Shown here one piece after another: positions 19,198-29,305 of a stretch of DNA of 64,000 nucleotides. The stretch comes from Candidatus Latescibacterota bacterium (GTDB taxonomy: Bacteria > Latescibacterota > UBA2968 > GCA-2709665), in contig OZ242358.1 in assembly GCA_965208835.1 (NCBI GenBank), positions 2,464,001 through 2,528,000 on the forward strand. The letters are read 5' to 3'. Both the position numbers and the translations under genes were made by a program. Each line of letters starts with the position of its first letter. The first letter of the stretch is position 1. The notes under the pieces were generated by a model. The model was not told the origin of the DNA. It worked only from the letters and a program-made list of their open reading frames with translations, and ran no database searches.

Positions 19198-20397
19198 ATG
19201 TTCGATACGCTGGAGATGGCGCCCGCGGACCCGATTCTGGGATTGACCGCGGCATACAACGAAGACACCAGCCCCAATCGAATCAATCTCGGCGTGGGTG
19301 TCTACAAGGACGGCGAGGGCAACACGCCGGTTTTCAACTCTGTGAAGGAAGCGGAAGCCCGGATCCTGGACGGTCAGACCACGAAAGACTATCTGCCGAT
19401 TTCGGGCGGGCCTGAATATGCGGCGGCTGTACAGGCCCTGTTATTCGGCCCGGAACACGAAATTGCCACCGGAAAGAGGGCGGCGACGGTTCACGCGCCT
19501 GGGGGGACCGGCGGACTTCGCGTTGCGGGCGATTTCATACACAAGCTGTATCCGCAGGCGAGAATCTGGCTGAGCGATCCGACCTGGGCGAACCATCCAA
19601 ATATCTACAATCACGCCGGGGTGGCCGTTGAGACGTATCCTTATTTCAAGAAGGAGACGAACGATCTCGATTTCGACACAATGCGCGATGCACTGAAGTC
19701 CGTTCCCAAAGGAGATGTCGTCCTTTTGCACGGCTGTTGTCACAACCCCACAGGGATCGATCCCACGCCCGGGCAATGGGAGGAGATCGCAGACGTGGCC
19801 GGCGCGCGCGGCTGGATTCCTCTGGTGGACTTTGCCTATCATGGGCTCGGGGACGGCCTCGAACAGGACAGACGGGGATTGATGGCGTTCTGCCGATCGG
19901 ACATCGAGTTGATGGTGTCAAGTTCGTTTTCGAAAAATTTCGGCCTTTACAACGAGCGTGTCGGCGCGCTTACTCTCGTTGCATCCTCTCCCGAGGCGGC
20001 AAGCGTGTTGATGAGTCAGGTGATGATTTGTATCCGGGCGAACTATTCGAATCCGCCGGCCCACGGCGCGGCCATCGTGACGGAGGTACTCAACGACTCA
20101 GGACTTCGTCTGCAATGGGAGGGCGAAGTGGCTGAGATGAGGAACCGGATCAACCGCATGAGGGCTTTATTCGTGGATACCCTGGAGCGGAGGGGCGTGC
20201 GTCGTGATTTTTCCTTTATCGCCCGGCAGCGGGGGATGTTCTCCTTCTCGGGACTGGACAGCCGGCAGGTGGACACCCTGCGGGAGGAATACGCAATCTA
20301 TATGGTGGGTTCCGGGCGGATAAACGTCGCGGGCATCACCGAGGCGAACGTCGACTATCTCTGCGAATCGATCGCCGCCGTGCTTCGGCAATCGTAA
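19198..20397 (+). CDS. aspC: Aspartate/aromatic amino acid aminotransferase (class I)
   Basis: APADPILGL, LGVGVYKD, HNPTG, SKNFGLYNERVG, GRINVAG. Confidence 0.92.
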   Translation: MFDTLEMAPADPILGLTAAYNEDTSPNRINLGVGVYKDGEGNTPVFNSVKEAEARILDGQTTKDYLPISGGPEYAAAVQALLFGPEHEIATGKRAATVHAPGGTGGLRVAGDFIHKLYPQARIWLSDPTWANHPNIYNHAGVAVETYPYFKKETNDLDFDTMRDALKSVPKGDVVLLHGCCHNPTGIDPTPGQWEEIADVAGARGWIPLVDFAYHGLGDGLEQDRRGLMAFCRSDIELMVSSSFSKNFGLYNERVGALTLVASSPEAASVLMSQVMICIRANYSNPPAHGAAIVTEVLNDSGLRLQWEGEVAEMRNRINRMRALFVDTLERRGVRRDFSFIARQRGMFSFSGLDSRQVDTLREEYAIYMVGSGRINVAGITEANVDYLCESIAAVLRQS

Positions 20398-20486
20398 TGC
20401 CCGCGAGGCGCATCACGCGGCGTGTCTGTTTCCACGTCGGATTCGACCGTGGCGAGACCACCGAAAAAAGCGTGAGTGAGTGAAAG

Positions 20487-21989
20487 ATGGACGATTCGCT
20501 GTACTGGGGAGATCTGCACACGCACTGTGCGATCAGCTATGGTTACGGCAGTCTCGAGAGGGCATTCAGGCTGGCGAACGAGCATCTGGATTTCTGTTCG
20601 GTGGTGGGACACGCGACGTGGCACGACATGCCGGTCGACCGGGCGCGTCACGGCTTCATTATCGACTATCATCGGGAGGGTTTCGACAGGCTGAGGCGAA
20701 ACTGGGCGCAGGTGCAGGAAACGGTTCGGCAAAATAACCGGCCGGGCCGGTTTGTTTCCTTTCTGGGATACGAGTGGCATTCCTGCGCTTTCGGCGACCA
20801 CAACGTCTACTATCTGGACGATGGCGGTGAAATCGTCGAGCGCGACAGCCTGGAGGAGCTGGACGAGGCGTTTGCAGGGCAGGATGTCATGATCCACCCG
20901 CACCATATCGGCTATGGTGCGGGATTCAGGGGAATAAACTGGTCGCATTTCAACGCGGGACGATCGCCGGCCATCGAGGTTTTTTCCGGGCACGGCGGGT
21001 CCGAACGGGACGGCGGCCCCTACCCGATGTACCATACCATGGGCCCCAGACAATACCGCGGTACCGTGGCGCACGGACTTGCGCTTGGTCACCGGTTCGG
21101 GTTCCTGGGAGGTACGGATCATCATGGGGGATATCCTGGGCACTATGGCGAGGGAAGAACCGGCGTGTATGCTCCGGAACTCACCCGGCAGGCGATCTGG
21201 GACGCGATTCGGGCGAGGCGATGTTATGCGGTAACCGGGGATCGCATCGGGTTGCGGTTTTCCGTCAACGAAGCGGAAATGGGCGAGGAAACCAGGGGCA
21301 CAGGCGTCCGCGAAGTCAGGGTGTCCGTCAGTGGAGCCGACGCGCTGGACCGGATAGAGGTCATCAAGAACAACCGTCCCCTGAAACGGGTCTTCGGGCC
21401 CCCGCCCGCGGCGGAACCGCCCGACCCGGTACGTGCGAAGGTCCGGGTTGAATGGGGATGGGGCGACAAGGAGGAGTGGGTGCGGTGGGACGCGGGTGTG
21501 CGTCTGTCGGATGGCCGGCTGCTGTCCGTGGAACCCTGTTTCACCGGCGATCCCGTTCTGGCGCCGTCGGCGGACGGAGCGATTCTGGCACCCGGCGAGG
21601 AGCCCGTTCACGGGATCGTGGCTCAGGAAGAACGCCGGGTGGCGTGGTTTTCCCACACCCGGGGAAACGAGCATCCATATCTGCGTGGCACGAACGCGCT
21701 GGTTCTGGAACTGGACGCCCCGCGCACTGCGGCGCTGGAATTCAATGTCAACGGTACGGCCTGTCGATACCTGCTGGCGGATCTCCTGGCGGGTTCCAGG
21801 AGCGTGTTTATCCGGGGATGGCGTTCCGAGGCGATGCTTGTGCACCGGGCGGTGCCCGAGGCACAGCTTCGGACGACGCTGGAATTCGAAGACGCCGGAC
21901 CGGAGCGTGAGACAGACTTCTATTACGTACGGGTGGCGCAGGAAAACAACCAGTGGGCATGGGCAAGCCCCATCTGGGTCTCGAGTTGA
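20487..21989 (+). CDS. PHP-like metallohydrolase (DUF3604/CehA-McbA-like)
   Basis: YWGDLHTH, GYEW, HPHH, GGTDHH, YYVRV..WASPIWV. Confidence 0.75.
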   Translation: MDDSLYWGDLHTHCAISYGYGSLERAFRLANEHLDFCSVVGHATWHDMPVDRARHGFIIDYHREGFDRLRRNWAQVQETVRQNNRPGRFVSFLGYEWHSCAFGDHNVYYLDDGGEIVERDSLEELDEAFAGQDVMIHPHHIGYGAGFRGINWSHFNAGRSPAIEVFSGHGGSERDGGPYPMYHTMGPRQYRGTVAHGLALGHRFGFLGGTDHHGGYPGHYGEGRTGVYAPELTRQAIWDAIRARRCYAVTGDRIGLRFSVNEAEMGEETRGTGVREVRVSVSGADALDRIEVIKNNRPLKRVFGPPPAAEPPDPVRAKVRVEWGWGDKEEWVRWDAGVRLSDGRLLSVEPCFTGDPVLAPSADGAILAPGEEPVHGIVAQEERRVAWFSHTRGNEHPYLRGTNALVLELDAPRTAALEFNVNGTACRYLLADLLAGSRSVFIRGWRSEAMLVHRAVPEAQLRTTLEFEDAGPERETDFYYVRVAQENNQWAWASPIWVSS

Positions 21990-22103
21990 TGCCATTGGCA
22001 GTCGAGAATCGGATGGGGGATCTCGGTGAGACGGGTCGATGCGGCCGGGTGCAATTCACTTTTCGTTCGGCTGCCGGTGTGTCGTTAGATATGGAGGGCC
22101 ATA

Positions 22104-22877
22104 ATGGTACTCAAAGACCGGGTGGCCATCGTGACGGGCGGGAGTTCGGGCATTGGCCGCGGCGTTGCCCTTGAATTCGCCAAAGAGGGCGCGACTGTTG
22201 TCGTAGCCGACGTCCGGGAGGCGCCGAAGCAGGGCATATATCACGAACAGGAGGTCCGGACACCCACCCTTGAGGAGGTGCAGAGCCTTGGCGGTGAAGG
22301 AACGTTTGTCCAGACCGATATGGGCGATGCCGCTGCCGTCGATGCGCTGGTGCAGCGAACTGTCGACGCGTACGGCGGCCTCGATATACTGGTGAATAAC
22401 GCCGGCATACACATTCCCGGTGACAGCCAGACGCTGTCGCTTGAGGCGTGGGACCGGGTGACGGGCGTCAACATCAGGGGCGTCTTCGTCGCGTCGAAAG
22501 CCGCGATCCCTCATCTGAAACGATCTCAGGCAGGGAGAATAATCAATATCGCATCCGTGCATTCTTTTGGCGGCGGCGGCGGGCCGGCCTATGCGCCGGC
22601 GAAAGCCGGTGTGGTCAACCTCACGCGGGATCTGGCGATGGAGGTGGCGCCGGACGGTGTTACGGTGAATGCAGTATGTCCCGGGTATATAGAAACCGCC
22701 ATTCAGGATTATCTGACCGAAGAACAGATCCGGGATGCGCTGGAGAGGACGCCGCTTCCCCGATTCGGTTTGCCCCGGGATATCGGTCGGGCATGTGTCT
22801 TCCTCGCGTCCTCGGATGCGGAATGGATCACGGGCGTTGCGTTGCCTGTGGATGGCGGCTGGCTGGCGCCCGTGTAG
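22104..22877 (+). CDS. SDR family oxidoreductase
   Basis: TGGSSGIG, NNAG, YAPAK, VDGG. Confidence 0.93.
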   Translation: MVLKDRVAIVTGGSSGIGRGVALEFAKEGATVVVADVREAPKQGIYHEQEVRTPTLEEVQSLGGEGTFVQTDMGDAAAVDALVQRTVDAYGGLDILVNNAGIHIPGDSQTLSLEAWDRVTGVNIRGVFVASKAAIPHLKRSQAGRIINIASVHSFGGGGGPAYAPAKAGVVNLTRDLAMEVAPDGVTVNAVCPGYIETAIQDYLTEEQIRDALERTPLPRFGLPRDIGRACVFLASSDAEWITGVALPVDGGWLAPV

Positions 22878-22939
22878 GGAATCAGGGATGCTGTGCGCTG
22901 CGGATGCAACGCTTCCGCGCGGGACCGGTCTTTGGAGAG

Positions 22940-24007
22940 ATGATGGAAATTCGAGCCGTCCGAGAGGACGAAATCGAGAAGACGCTGGAGCTCCAGCGGA
23001 TGGTATTCCGGCCGGACGAGGGGGCGGGTGCGCTGGAACGGTACCGGACCTACGTGCGGGACGATCCGGGCTATCGGATGGATCAGTCGCGGGTTCTCCT
23101 GGCAGACAGGCGAATCGTGGCGCATCTGCGGGTATGGGACCGGGAGATCCGCGTGCGCGGTTCCGTGCTTCGCGCGGGAGGCATCGGCAGCGTGCTGACC
23201 CATCCCGATTATCGGGGCAGGGGATATGCGCGCGCACTGATGCGGGATACGGAAACGTACCTGCTGAACGCCGGTTACGACGTGGGGCTCCTGTTCACGA
23301 TCATCGGGACGCCGTTCTACCAGGCGCTGGGCTGGACGCCCATCCCGCTGCCGACGTTTGCAATCGATCTGGAGTCTGAGCCCGGCAACCGCCGGTCTAC
23401 CCACGCGCGTGCTCTGGACGTCGACCGGGACCTGGACGCCGTGATGGCGATATACGAGCAGTGTTCCGGTTCCCTGACGGGCCCCGAAGTCAGACCGAAA
23501 CAGTACTGGCGTGCCGGCCCCTCCCGAATACGGGGGGTTTTCCCCGGATGGGGCATCAAGGTGGACTCGGAACTTTGCGGCTATGCAACGTTCGACGCGT
23601 CCGAAGACCGGATCTGGGTGAAAGAAGGATGCGTCAAGCCATCGGGTGACGGCGTGTTTGTCGACCTTGCGCAGTTGATTTGCGAGCGCGCCCGCGGTGA
23701 CGGATTGAAGCGGATAGAGGGCAGTCTTCCCGCCGGACACGGACTGGCAAGTGCGCTCGAGGCGGTCTGTAATTCCACCGCAGCGTGGGGCAGCCACGAT
23801 GAAATGATGTTGAAGGGGATCAACTGGCGTACAATACGGGAAAAGTTGCACGGGGAACCGCGCGGTGGCGCACCGGAGGACGAGGGGACGTTCTGGCGCG
23901 CGTTGTACGGCCAGAAGGCGGCCGAAACGGATGCATCCGTCTCGGGCTGGATGGCATCTCTCCCGAAGTGCGAAGGCCCTTTTTACTGGTGGAGCGATAT
24001 CTTCTAG
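22940..24007 (+). CDS. GNAT family N-acetyltransferase (Eis-like N-terminus)
   Basis: VLTHPDYRGRGYA acetyl-CoA motif A, FYQALGW. Confidence 0.85.
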   Translation: MMEIRAVREDEIEKTLELQRMVFRPDEGAGALERYRTYVRDDPGYRMDQSRVLLADRRIVAHLRVWDREIRVRGSVLRAGGIGSVLTHPDYRGRGYARALMRDTETYLLNAGYDVGLLFTIIGTPFYQALGWTPIPLPTFAIDLESEPGNRRSTHARALDVDRDLDAVMAIYEQCSGSLTGPEVRPKQYWRAGPSRIRGVFPGWGIKVDSELCGYATFDASEDRIWVKEGCVKPSGDGVFVDLAQLICERARGDGLKRIEGSLPAGHGLASALEAVCNSTAAWGSHDEMMLKGINWRTIREKLHGEPRGGAPEDEGTFWRALYGQKAAETDASVSGWMASLPKCEGPFYWWSDIF

Positions 24008-24039
24008 AAACGCCGCCGGGCGGACGGAAGGTGCGCGTT

Positions 24040-25896
24040 TCAGGAGTTTGCCCCACTGATGCGTGACTCGGCCTCGCCGACCATGCCTTCGAGGATTCGC
24101 GCCGCCAGTCGGTCGATTTCCTTTTTCGTCTCCGCCAGACCGTGGCCGTGAAGGTGGGGATTGTCCACCGACGCCGCGGAGACGTAGTATTTGATTTTGG
24201 GTTCGGTTCCCGACGGTCGGGCGGTTACCCGGGAATGGCCGGCGGGGGTGAACGTGAAGGCGATGACGTCGCCCTTCAGGCCCTCGATCGTTCGGATGGA
24301 TCCCGTACTCGGGTTCAGCGCCTGCCCGTTCCTTCTGTCGATGATCTCCACGATGTCGCATCCGCCGATCTGTCGTGGCGGGTGGGAACGCAGGGATTCC
24401 ATGATGTGAACGGTATCCCGGCTGCCCTGTGCGCCGGTTCTGAGTACGGACCGCTGGATTTCACGAAAGTAACCGTATTTCTCATAAATATCGTCCAGGT
24501 AATCCCTCAATGTGCGGCCACGGGCTTTGAGGGTCGCGGCGCATTCGCACAGGAGGACGGCCGCAACCGCGGCGTCCTTGTCTCTCGTGAACGTCCCCGC
24601 CAGATAGCCGTGGCTTTCTTCGGCCCCGAACAGGAATTCGGCGGCCGGCGGAAGATCGGCGATCAGCCTGCCGATATGTTTGAATCCCACAAGCAGTTCG
24701 TCTACGACCGTTGCGCCGAAGGCGCGTGCGATGAGGGACGTCAGGTCGGTTGTGACGATCGTTTTTGCGACAATGGCGCCGTGGGGCAGTTCTCCTCGGC
24801 ATTTTTTTTGTTCAAGGATGTAGTGGCACAGAACAGCCGCGATCTGGTTGCCGTTGAGGGCAAGATCCTCGAGGGGGGCGTTCCACCCGGATCCTGAATC
24901 CGGAACGGCGCAACCGAGCCGGTCCGCATCCGGGTCGCTGGCGATGACCATATCGGCGCCGGACCCGGCGGCTTCCCGAACGGCCGCGGCCAGCGCGCGT
25001 GGATCTTCGGGGTTGGCGACCCCACCCGGAACCGTGGGAAAATCGCCGTCCGGTTTCGCCTGCGACGGGACAACGTGCAGGTCTTTATAGCCGAGGATTT
25101 CCAGCGCGGGCAATATCGACGTCAATCCAACGCCGTGCAGCGGGGAGTAGACCACCCGAATCCCGCGCTCGGGCCTCAGGGTGAGCCCGGCCAGGTGGCG
25201 ATGATAGAGGGTATCGACGGTGGAATCCAGGATTCCGACGAGACCCTGATCAACCGCGTGCTCGAAGTCGATCTTTTCGATCGCGGATACGGAGTTGACC
25301 TCGGCCATGATGCTTCTGTCGTGAGGGGGTACGACCTGGCCTCCGTCGGACCAGTATACCTTGATCCCGTTGTCGCCCGGCGGGTTGTGACTGGCGCTGA
25401 TCACAACGCCGGCCACCGCGTTGGTCGACCTGACCGCAAACGAGAGTTCGGGAGAGGACCGACAGCTTTCAAAAATACTGGCGCGGATACCGTTGCCCGC
25501 AAGAACGGCCGCTACCTCGTTGGCGAAGCGCTGTGAATTGTTCCGTGTGTCGTGCGCGATTACCACGCCGCGGCAGGGTGCGTCGTCGCCGGATTTCAGG
25601 ACGTACCGGGCAATGCCCTGTGCGGCTTCGCCGACGGTACGCAGGTTGATACGGTTCGGACCCGGGCCCATCGAGCCGCGAATGCCACCCGTGCCGAACT
25701 CGATTTTCACGCGAAACGCGTCTTCGAGTTCGTTCAGGTCTCCCGTACGGATCAGGCTTGTAATTTCGTCCATTGAAACGGCGAAACGGGGGTCGGTGAG
25801 CCAGAGCGCGATTTGCTCACCGGCGGTTTCGGACAGTTCCCCCGAAGCGACCCAGAACCGGATTTTTTCCAACAAGCCCATCGGCGTCTTGTTCAC
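24040..25896 (-). CDS. Phosphoglucomutase/phosphomannomutase family protein
   Basis: FGTGGIRG, ISASHNP phosphoserine loop, DPDADR, EESHG, RPSGTEPKIK. Confidence 0.93.
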   Translation of the reverse strand: MNKTPMGLLEKIRFWVASGELSETAGEQIALWLTDPRFAVSMDEITSLIRTGDLNELEDAFRVKIEFGTGGIRGSMGPGPNRINLRTVGEAAQGIARYVLKSGDDAPCRGVVIAHDTRNNSQRFANEVAAVLAGNGIRASIFESCRSSPELSFAVRSTNAVAGVVISASHNPPGDNGIKVYWSDGGQVVPPHDRSIMAEVNSVSAIEKIDFEHAVDQGLVGILDSTVDTLYHRHLAGLTLRPERGIRVVYSPLHGVGLTSILPALEILGYKDLHVVPSQAKPDGDFPTVPGGVANPEDPRALAAAVREAAGSGADMVIASDPDADRLGCAVPDSGSGWNAPLEDLALNGNQIAAVLCHYILEQKKCRGELPHGAIVAKTIVTTDLTSLIARAFGATVVDELLVGFKHIGRLIADLPPAAEFLFGAEESHGYLAGTFTRDKDAAVAAVLLCECAATLKARGRTLRDYLDDIYEKYGYFREIQRSVLRTGAQGSRDTVHIMESLRSHPPRQIGGCDIVEIIDRRNGQALNPSTGSIRTIEGLKGDVIAFTFTPAGHSRVTARPSGTEPKIKYYVSAASVDNPHLHGHGLAETKKEIDRLAARILEGMVGEAESRISGANS

Positions 25897-26163
25897 AGTT
25901 CGGTTCCCGATGATTACGCGCCAATCCCGTTGAACACAGCAACTCGCATGCCTCGCGTGCGACAGCCGGCACCGCGCTTTTTAATATATCGGATCAGACG
26001 CCGCAATCAACATAAAACAGTTTGATTTTCGGAAGCCATTGCGCATATTTTCGACTTGACGTGGGTGTAGCGGTAGATGCAGTCGTGGTTACACCGGCGC
26101 AGATGGAACTTTACAAGGATAATCACGCGCTCGTGATGAAACCCGCATTCCGGGAGGGAAGGG

Positions 26164-26370
26164 TTGTATATGAGAATAGAAACTGATCGGGAAGAAGACG
26201 GCAGGTGGATTGCAGAAGTGCCTGATTTACCCGGTGTGATCGTTTACGGAGACAATAAAGAAGATGCCATTCTGAAAGTTAAGGCATTGGCATTGCGGGT
26301 TCTTGCCGATCGCATAGAACATGGCGAGGAAATACCGGAAATCCGTGATGTCTTCGCAGGATCGGTATGA
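26164..26370 (+). CDS. hicB: HicB family antitoxin (short form)
   Basis: EEDGRWIAEVPDLPGVIVYG motif; overlaps the hicA start. Confidence 0.85.
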   Translation: MYMRIETDREEDGRWIAEVPDLPGVIVYGDNKEDAILKVKALALRVLADRIEHGEEIPEIRDVFAGSV

Positions 26371-26582
26371 ATCGATGGCCTTCAACAAGAGCACGTCAGG
26401 TCTTGGCTGCCTTGTTGCGGATTGGTTGGACGATAAAGCGTCAGTCTGGTACTTCTCATCGCATACTGACGCGGCAGGGTTGGCCGAATTACGTATTCGC
26501 TTTCCATTTGCGGGAAGAAATAGGGCCTCGTATGTTGTCCCGTATTGCTAAGCGTACCGGATTGACTCCCGATGATCTATGA
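26367..26582 (+). CDS. hicA: HicA family mRNA interferase toxin
   Basis: GWxxxRQxGxSH catalytic His motif, EIGPRML..I. Confidence 0.88.
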   Translation: MNRWPSTRARQVLAALLRIGWTIKRQSGTSHRILTRQGWPNYVFAFHLREEIGPRMLSRIAKRTGLTPDDL

Positions 26583-26695
26583 GGTGGGATCGTTGGAGCA
26601 CAGCAATCCTTGCAGACACGACTTCAGTGAATCCGCTCGACGCTCAAGGGAAGGTAAGTGGCCGGAGTGAGGTGGCGGCATAAGGAGTTGGTCAT

Positions 26696-27385
26696 ATGAC
26701 GATGCTCTATCTCCTGCTGTTTTTGTGCGCCCTGATCGTCCTCCTTCCCGTGAGGCTGTGGGTGTGTGGCCGCAACGACGCGGGGCGGGGACCGACCCTG
26801 GATATCCGCTTGAGGCCGTGGATCGGTCTGGCGGGTATCCGGCTCTTCTACATTGACGACGGTTGGCGTGCAGGCCTGCTTCTCGGTTGGTGGACCGTGT
26901 TGGCGGTACCGTTGAGAAAGCGGGAGGTCCGGAAGAAGCAGCAGGGGCCGCGCGCGACAAAGAAGACGGAAGCGGACGTACCGGATGGGTTTTCGGCAAC
27001 GGTTGAACGGTTCGTACGGTCCGGACGGCGTTTGAGGAAGCTGTCATTGCCCCTGCGGCGGTCCGCGTTGCGACTTCTGAATGGCTTCCGGCTTCGCCGC
27101 ATAGAATGCAAGATACAGTTCGGCGCATCCGATCCGGCCACGACCGGCCGGATTTACGGATATTTCATGGCTGCCTCTTCTCTCGTGGGAGCCAGGGGAA
27201 GCGTCAACGTGACGCCCGATTTCAAGACACAGCGTCTGGACGGAGAAGCCCGGGTGGGAATCCGGGTTTATCCCCACAGGTTGATGCTGGCATCGGCTTA
27301 TTTCGGGTGGCGTGTTGCGCTTGCGTGGTATTCGGAACGACGCAGCCGTAGACACCCTGATGAGGGCATTGTCGGGGCTGTTTAG
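26696..27385 (+). CDS. DUF2953 (YtfI-like) membrane-anchored protein
   Basis: N-terminal TM segment, FGASDPATTGRIYG and VTPDF motifs; lies upstream of ytfJ. Confidence 0.75.
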   Translation: MTMLYLLLFLCALIVLLPVRLWVCGRNDAGRGPTLDIRLRPWIGLAGIRLFYIDDGWRAGLLLGWWTVLAVPLRKREVRKKQQGPRATKKTEADVPDGFSATVERFVRSGRRLRKLSLPLRRSALRLLNGFRLRRIECKIQFGASDPATTGRIYGYFMAASSLVGARGSVNVTPDFKTQRLDGEARVGIRVYPHRLMLASAYFGWRVALAWYSERRSRRHPDEGIVGAV

Positions 27386-27594
27386 AAGCTGTTTTAAAAT
27401 TACCGGTGAGTTCCCGAACGCGAGCGAAAAAGTGGCGGTTATGAGGCGCGAGGGGCGCGCAGCGCCGACGGGAAAATCCGCCTATGAGAGGCGAGCAGGC
27501 GCAGCCTCGATCTCGTAAGACGGGTGGATTTGACCAACGCAGACCGACGCTTTTGCAGCCGCGCGAAGACCGCCGAGAATTTTAAAACAGCTTC
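27385..27594 (+). mobile_element. MITE family B, full copy (210 bp) with TTA target duplication
   Basis: Perfect 17-bp TIR GAAGCTGTTTTAAAATT...AATTTTAAAACAGCTTC flanked by TTA on both sides. Confidence 0.9.
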
Positions 27595-27607
27595 TTAGGA
27601 GGGTTTT

Positions 27608-28009
27608 ATGTCAGTTGAGGATCTCATCAGGACGGTGATGACGGAATTCCGGCAAATCGTCAAGGCGGAGACGGTCGTGGGGGAGCCGATCGAAATCGGA
27701 GGCACCGTTGTGGTGCCCGTCTCCAGGATTTCTTTCGGGTTCGGCGCCGGTGGCGGTGCGGACAAGTCGGACGGCGGCGGGAGCGGCACCGGCGGCGGCG
27801 CATCCGTGGAACCCCTGGCATTTGTCGTGATTCGAGACGGAAAGGCCCAGATTCTTCCCGTCCAGGAAAAGGAAGGATCCATCAAGGGATTGTTGGACCT
27901 GGCGCCCGACCTTCTGGCGAAAGTGAAAGCCCTTAAGGAGAAGCGAGACCGGCGAAAAGCCGAGGCGGAAGCCGACGCGGATTCCGGTGACGACGACGTG
28001 AGCGCGTAG
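27608..28009 (+). CDS. ytfJ: GerW/YtfJ family protein
   Basis: TVVGEPI...VPVSRISFGFGAGG...GGGASVEPLAFVV. Confidence 0.88.
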   Translation: MSVEDLIRTVMTEFRQIVKAETVVGEPIEIGGTVVVPVSRISFGFGAGGGADKSDGGGSGTGGGASVEPLAFVVIRDGKAQILPVQEKEGSIKGLLDLAPDLLAKVKALKEKRDRRKAEAEADADSGDDDVSA

Positions 28010-29238
28010 TGAACCGGCTTCTGCTGCTCATTCCGACGTCAACCTACCGAACCCGCGATTTCATGGCCGCGGCGGCCGCACTCGACGTCGCCGTAGTCGT
28101 GGGTTCGGACCGCCGGCAGGCGCTCGCGGGTCTGACACCCGGAAAGACGCTTGCGCTGGACTTCGCAAGACCGGCGGCCTCGGTCGAAAAGATCGTCGCC
28201 TTTTCGAAACGGTACCCTGTCCGGACGGTGGTGGGCGTCGATGACGAGACCGTCGTGCTTGCCGCGATGGCCTGCAGCGCGCTCGGACTTCCGCACAATC
28301 CGGTTCCGTCCGTCAGGGCTTCCCGCTACAAACACCTGATGCGCCAGATGCTTGCCGAGAAAGGCCTGCCCTCGCCGGGGTTCAGGCTTTTTTCAGTTCG
28401 GGACCAACCCGCCGCCGCCGCCGCGGCCGTCGACTATCCGTGCGTACTGAAGCCCGTTTCTCTCTCCGCGAGCCGCGGTGTGATTCGCGCGGATCAAAGA
28501 GCGGAATTCGTGACTGCATTCGATCGGATTCTCGAGTTGATTTCGGAGTCCGCAGACAGCTCGCACGAGGCCGGTGATTGCATTCTGGTGGAGGACTACA
28601 TCCCCGGCCGGGAGGTCGCGATGGAGGGACTGCTTGTCGACGGTGAACTGCAGACCCTCGCATTGTTCGATAAACCGGACCCGCTATGCGGGCCCTATTT
28701 TGCCGAGACCCTTTACACGACGCCGTCCCGGCTTCCTGAATGCGTTCAGGCGGGGATTAAAGGAACTGCGCAGGAAGCAACGCGCGCGCTCGGATTGACC
28801 GTGGGCCCGGTCCACGCGGAACTTCGGCTGAACACGCGTGGGATCTATGTCGTGGAGATTGCCGCGCGGTCCATCGGCGGGCTGTGTTCGCGGGTGTTGC
28901 GGTTTGGCGCGGGCGTGTCGCTGGAAGAACTGATTCTGCGCCAGGCGACGGGTCACGCTCCGGGCGATCTACGCAGGGAAAACGCCGCTGCCGGGGTCAT
29001 GATGCTGCCGGTGCCACGGGCGGGAACCCTACGGCGCGTCCGGGGTGCGGCGGGCGCACGGCGCGTGCCGGGAATTGTCGACGTCACGATAACCGTTCCA
29101 CGGGGCCAGCCCGTTCAGCCGCTGCCCGAGGGGGACCGGTATCTGGGGTTCATTTTTGCGCGCGGGAGGACACCCGAGACTGTGGAAACCGCGCTCCGGG
29201 AGGCCAACGGACTGCTCGAGGTCGTGATCGAGGGATGA
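28009..29238 (+). CDS. ATP-grasp domain ligase
   Basis: YPCVLKP..LSASRGV, LVEDYIPG, HAELR, EIAARSIGG. Confidence 0.88.
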   Translation: MNRLLLLIPTSTYRTRDFMAAAAALDVAVVVGSDRRQALAGLTPGKTLALDFARPAASVEKIVAFSKRYPVRTVVGVDDETVVLAAMACSALGLPHNPVPSVRASRYKHLMRQMLAEKGLPSPGFRLFSVRDQPAAAAAAVDYPCVLKPVSLSASRGVIRADQRAEFVTAFDRILELISESADSSHEAGDCILVEDYIPGREVAMEGLLVDGELQTLALFDKPDPLCGPYFAETLYTTPSRLPECVQAGIKGTAQEATRALGLTVGPVHAELRLNTRGIYVVEIAARSIGGLCSRVLRFGAGVSLEELILRQATGHAPGDLRRENAAAGVMMLPVPRAGTLRRVRGAAGARRVPGIVDVTITVPRGQPVQPLPEGDRYLGFIFARGRTPETVETALREANGLLEVVIEG

Positions 29239-29305
29239 GTGGCTGCGAACAGGCCGGTGGACCCGGGACAGGTTCGATCGGTTTCTTTCTTTATGATCCT
29301 TCAGG

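Noticed and set aside
26040-26160. Possible riboswitch or ncRNA upstream of hicB
   Set aside because: No known riboswitch consensus could be matched by eye
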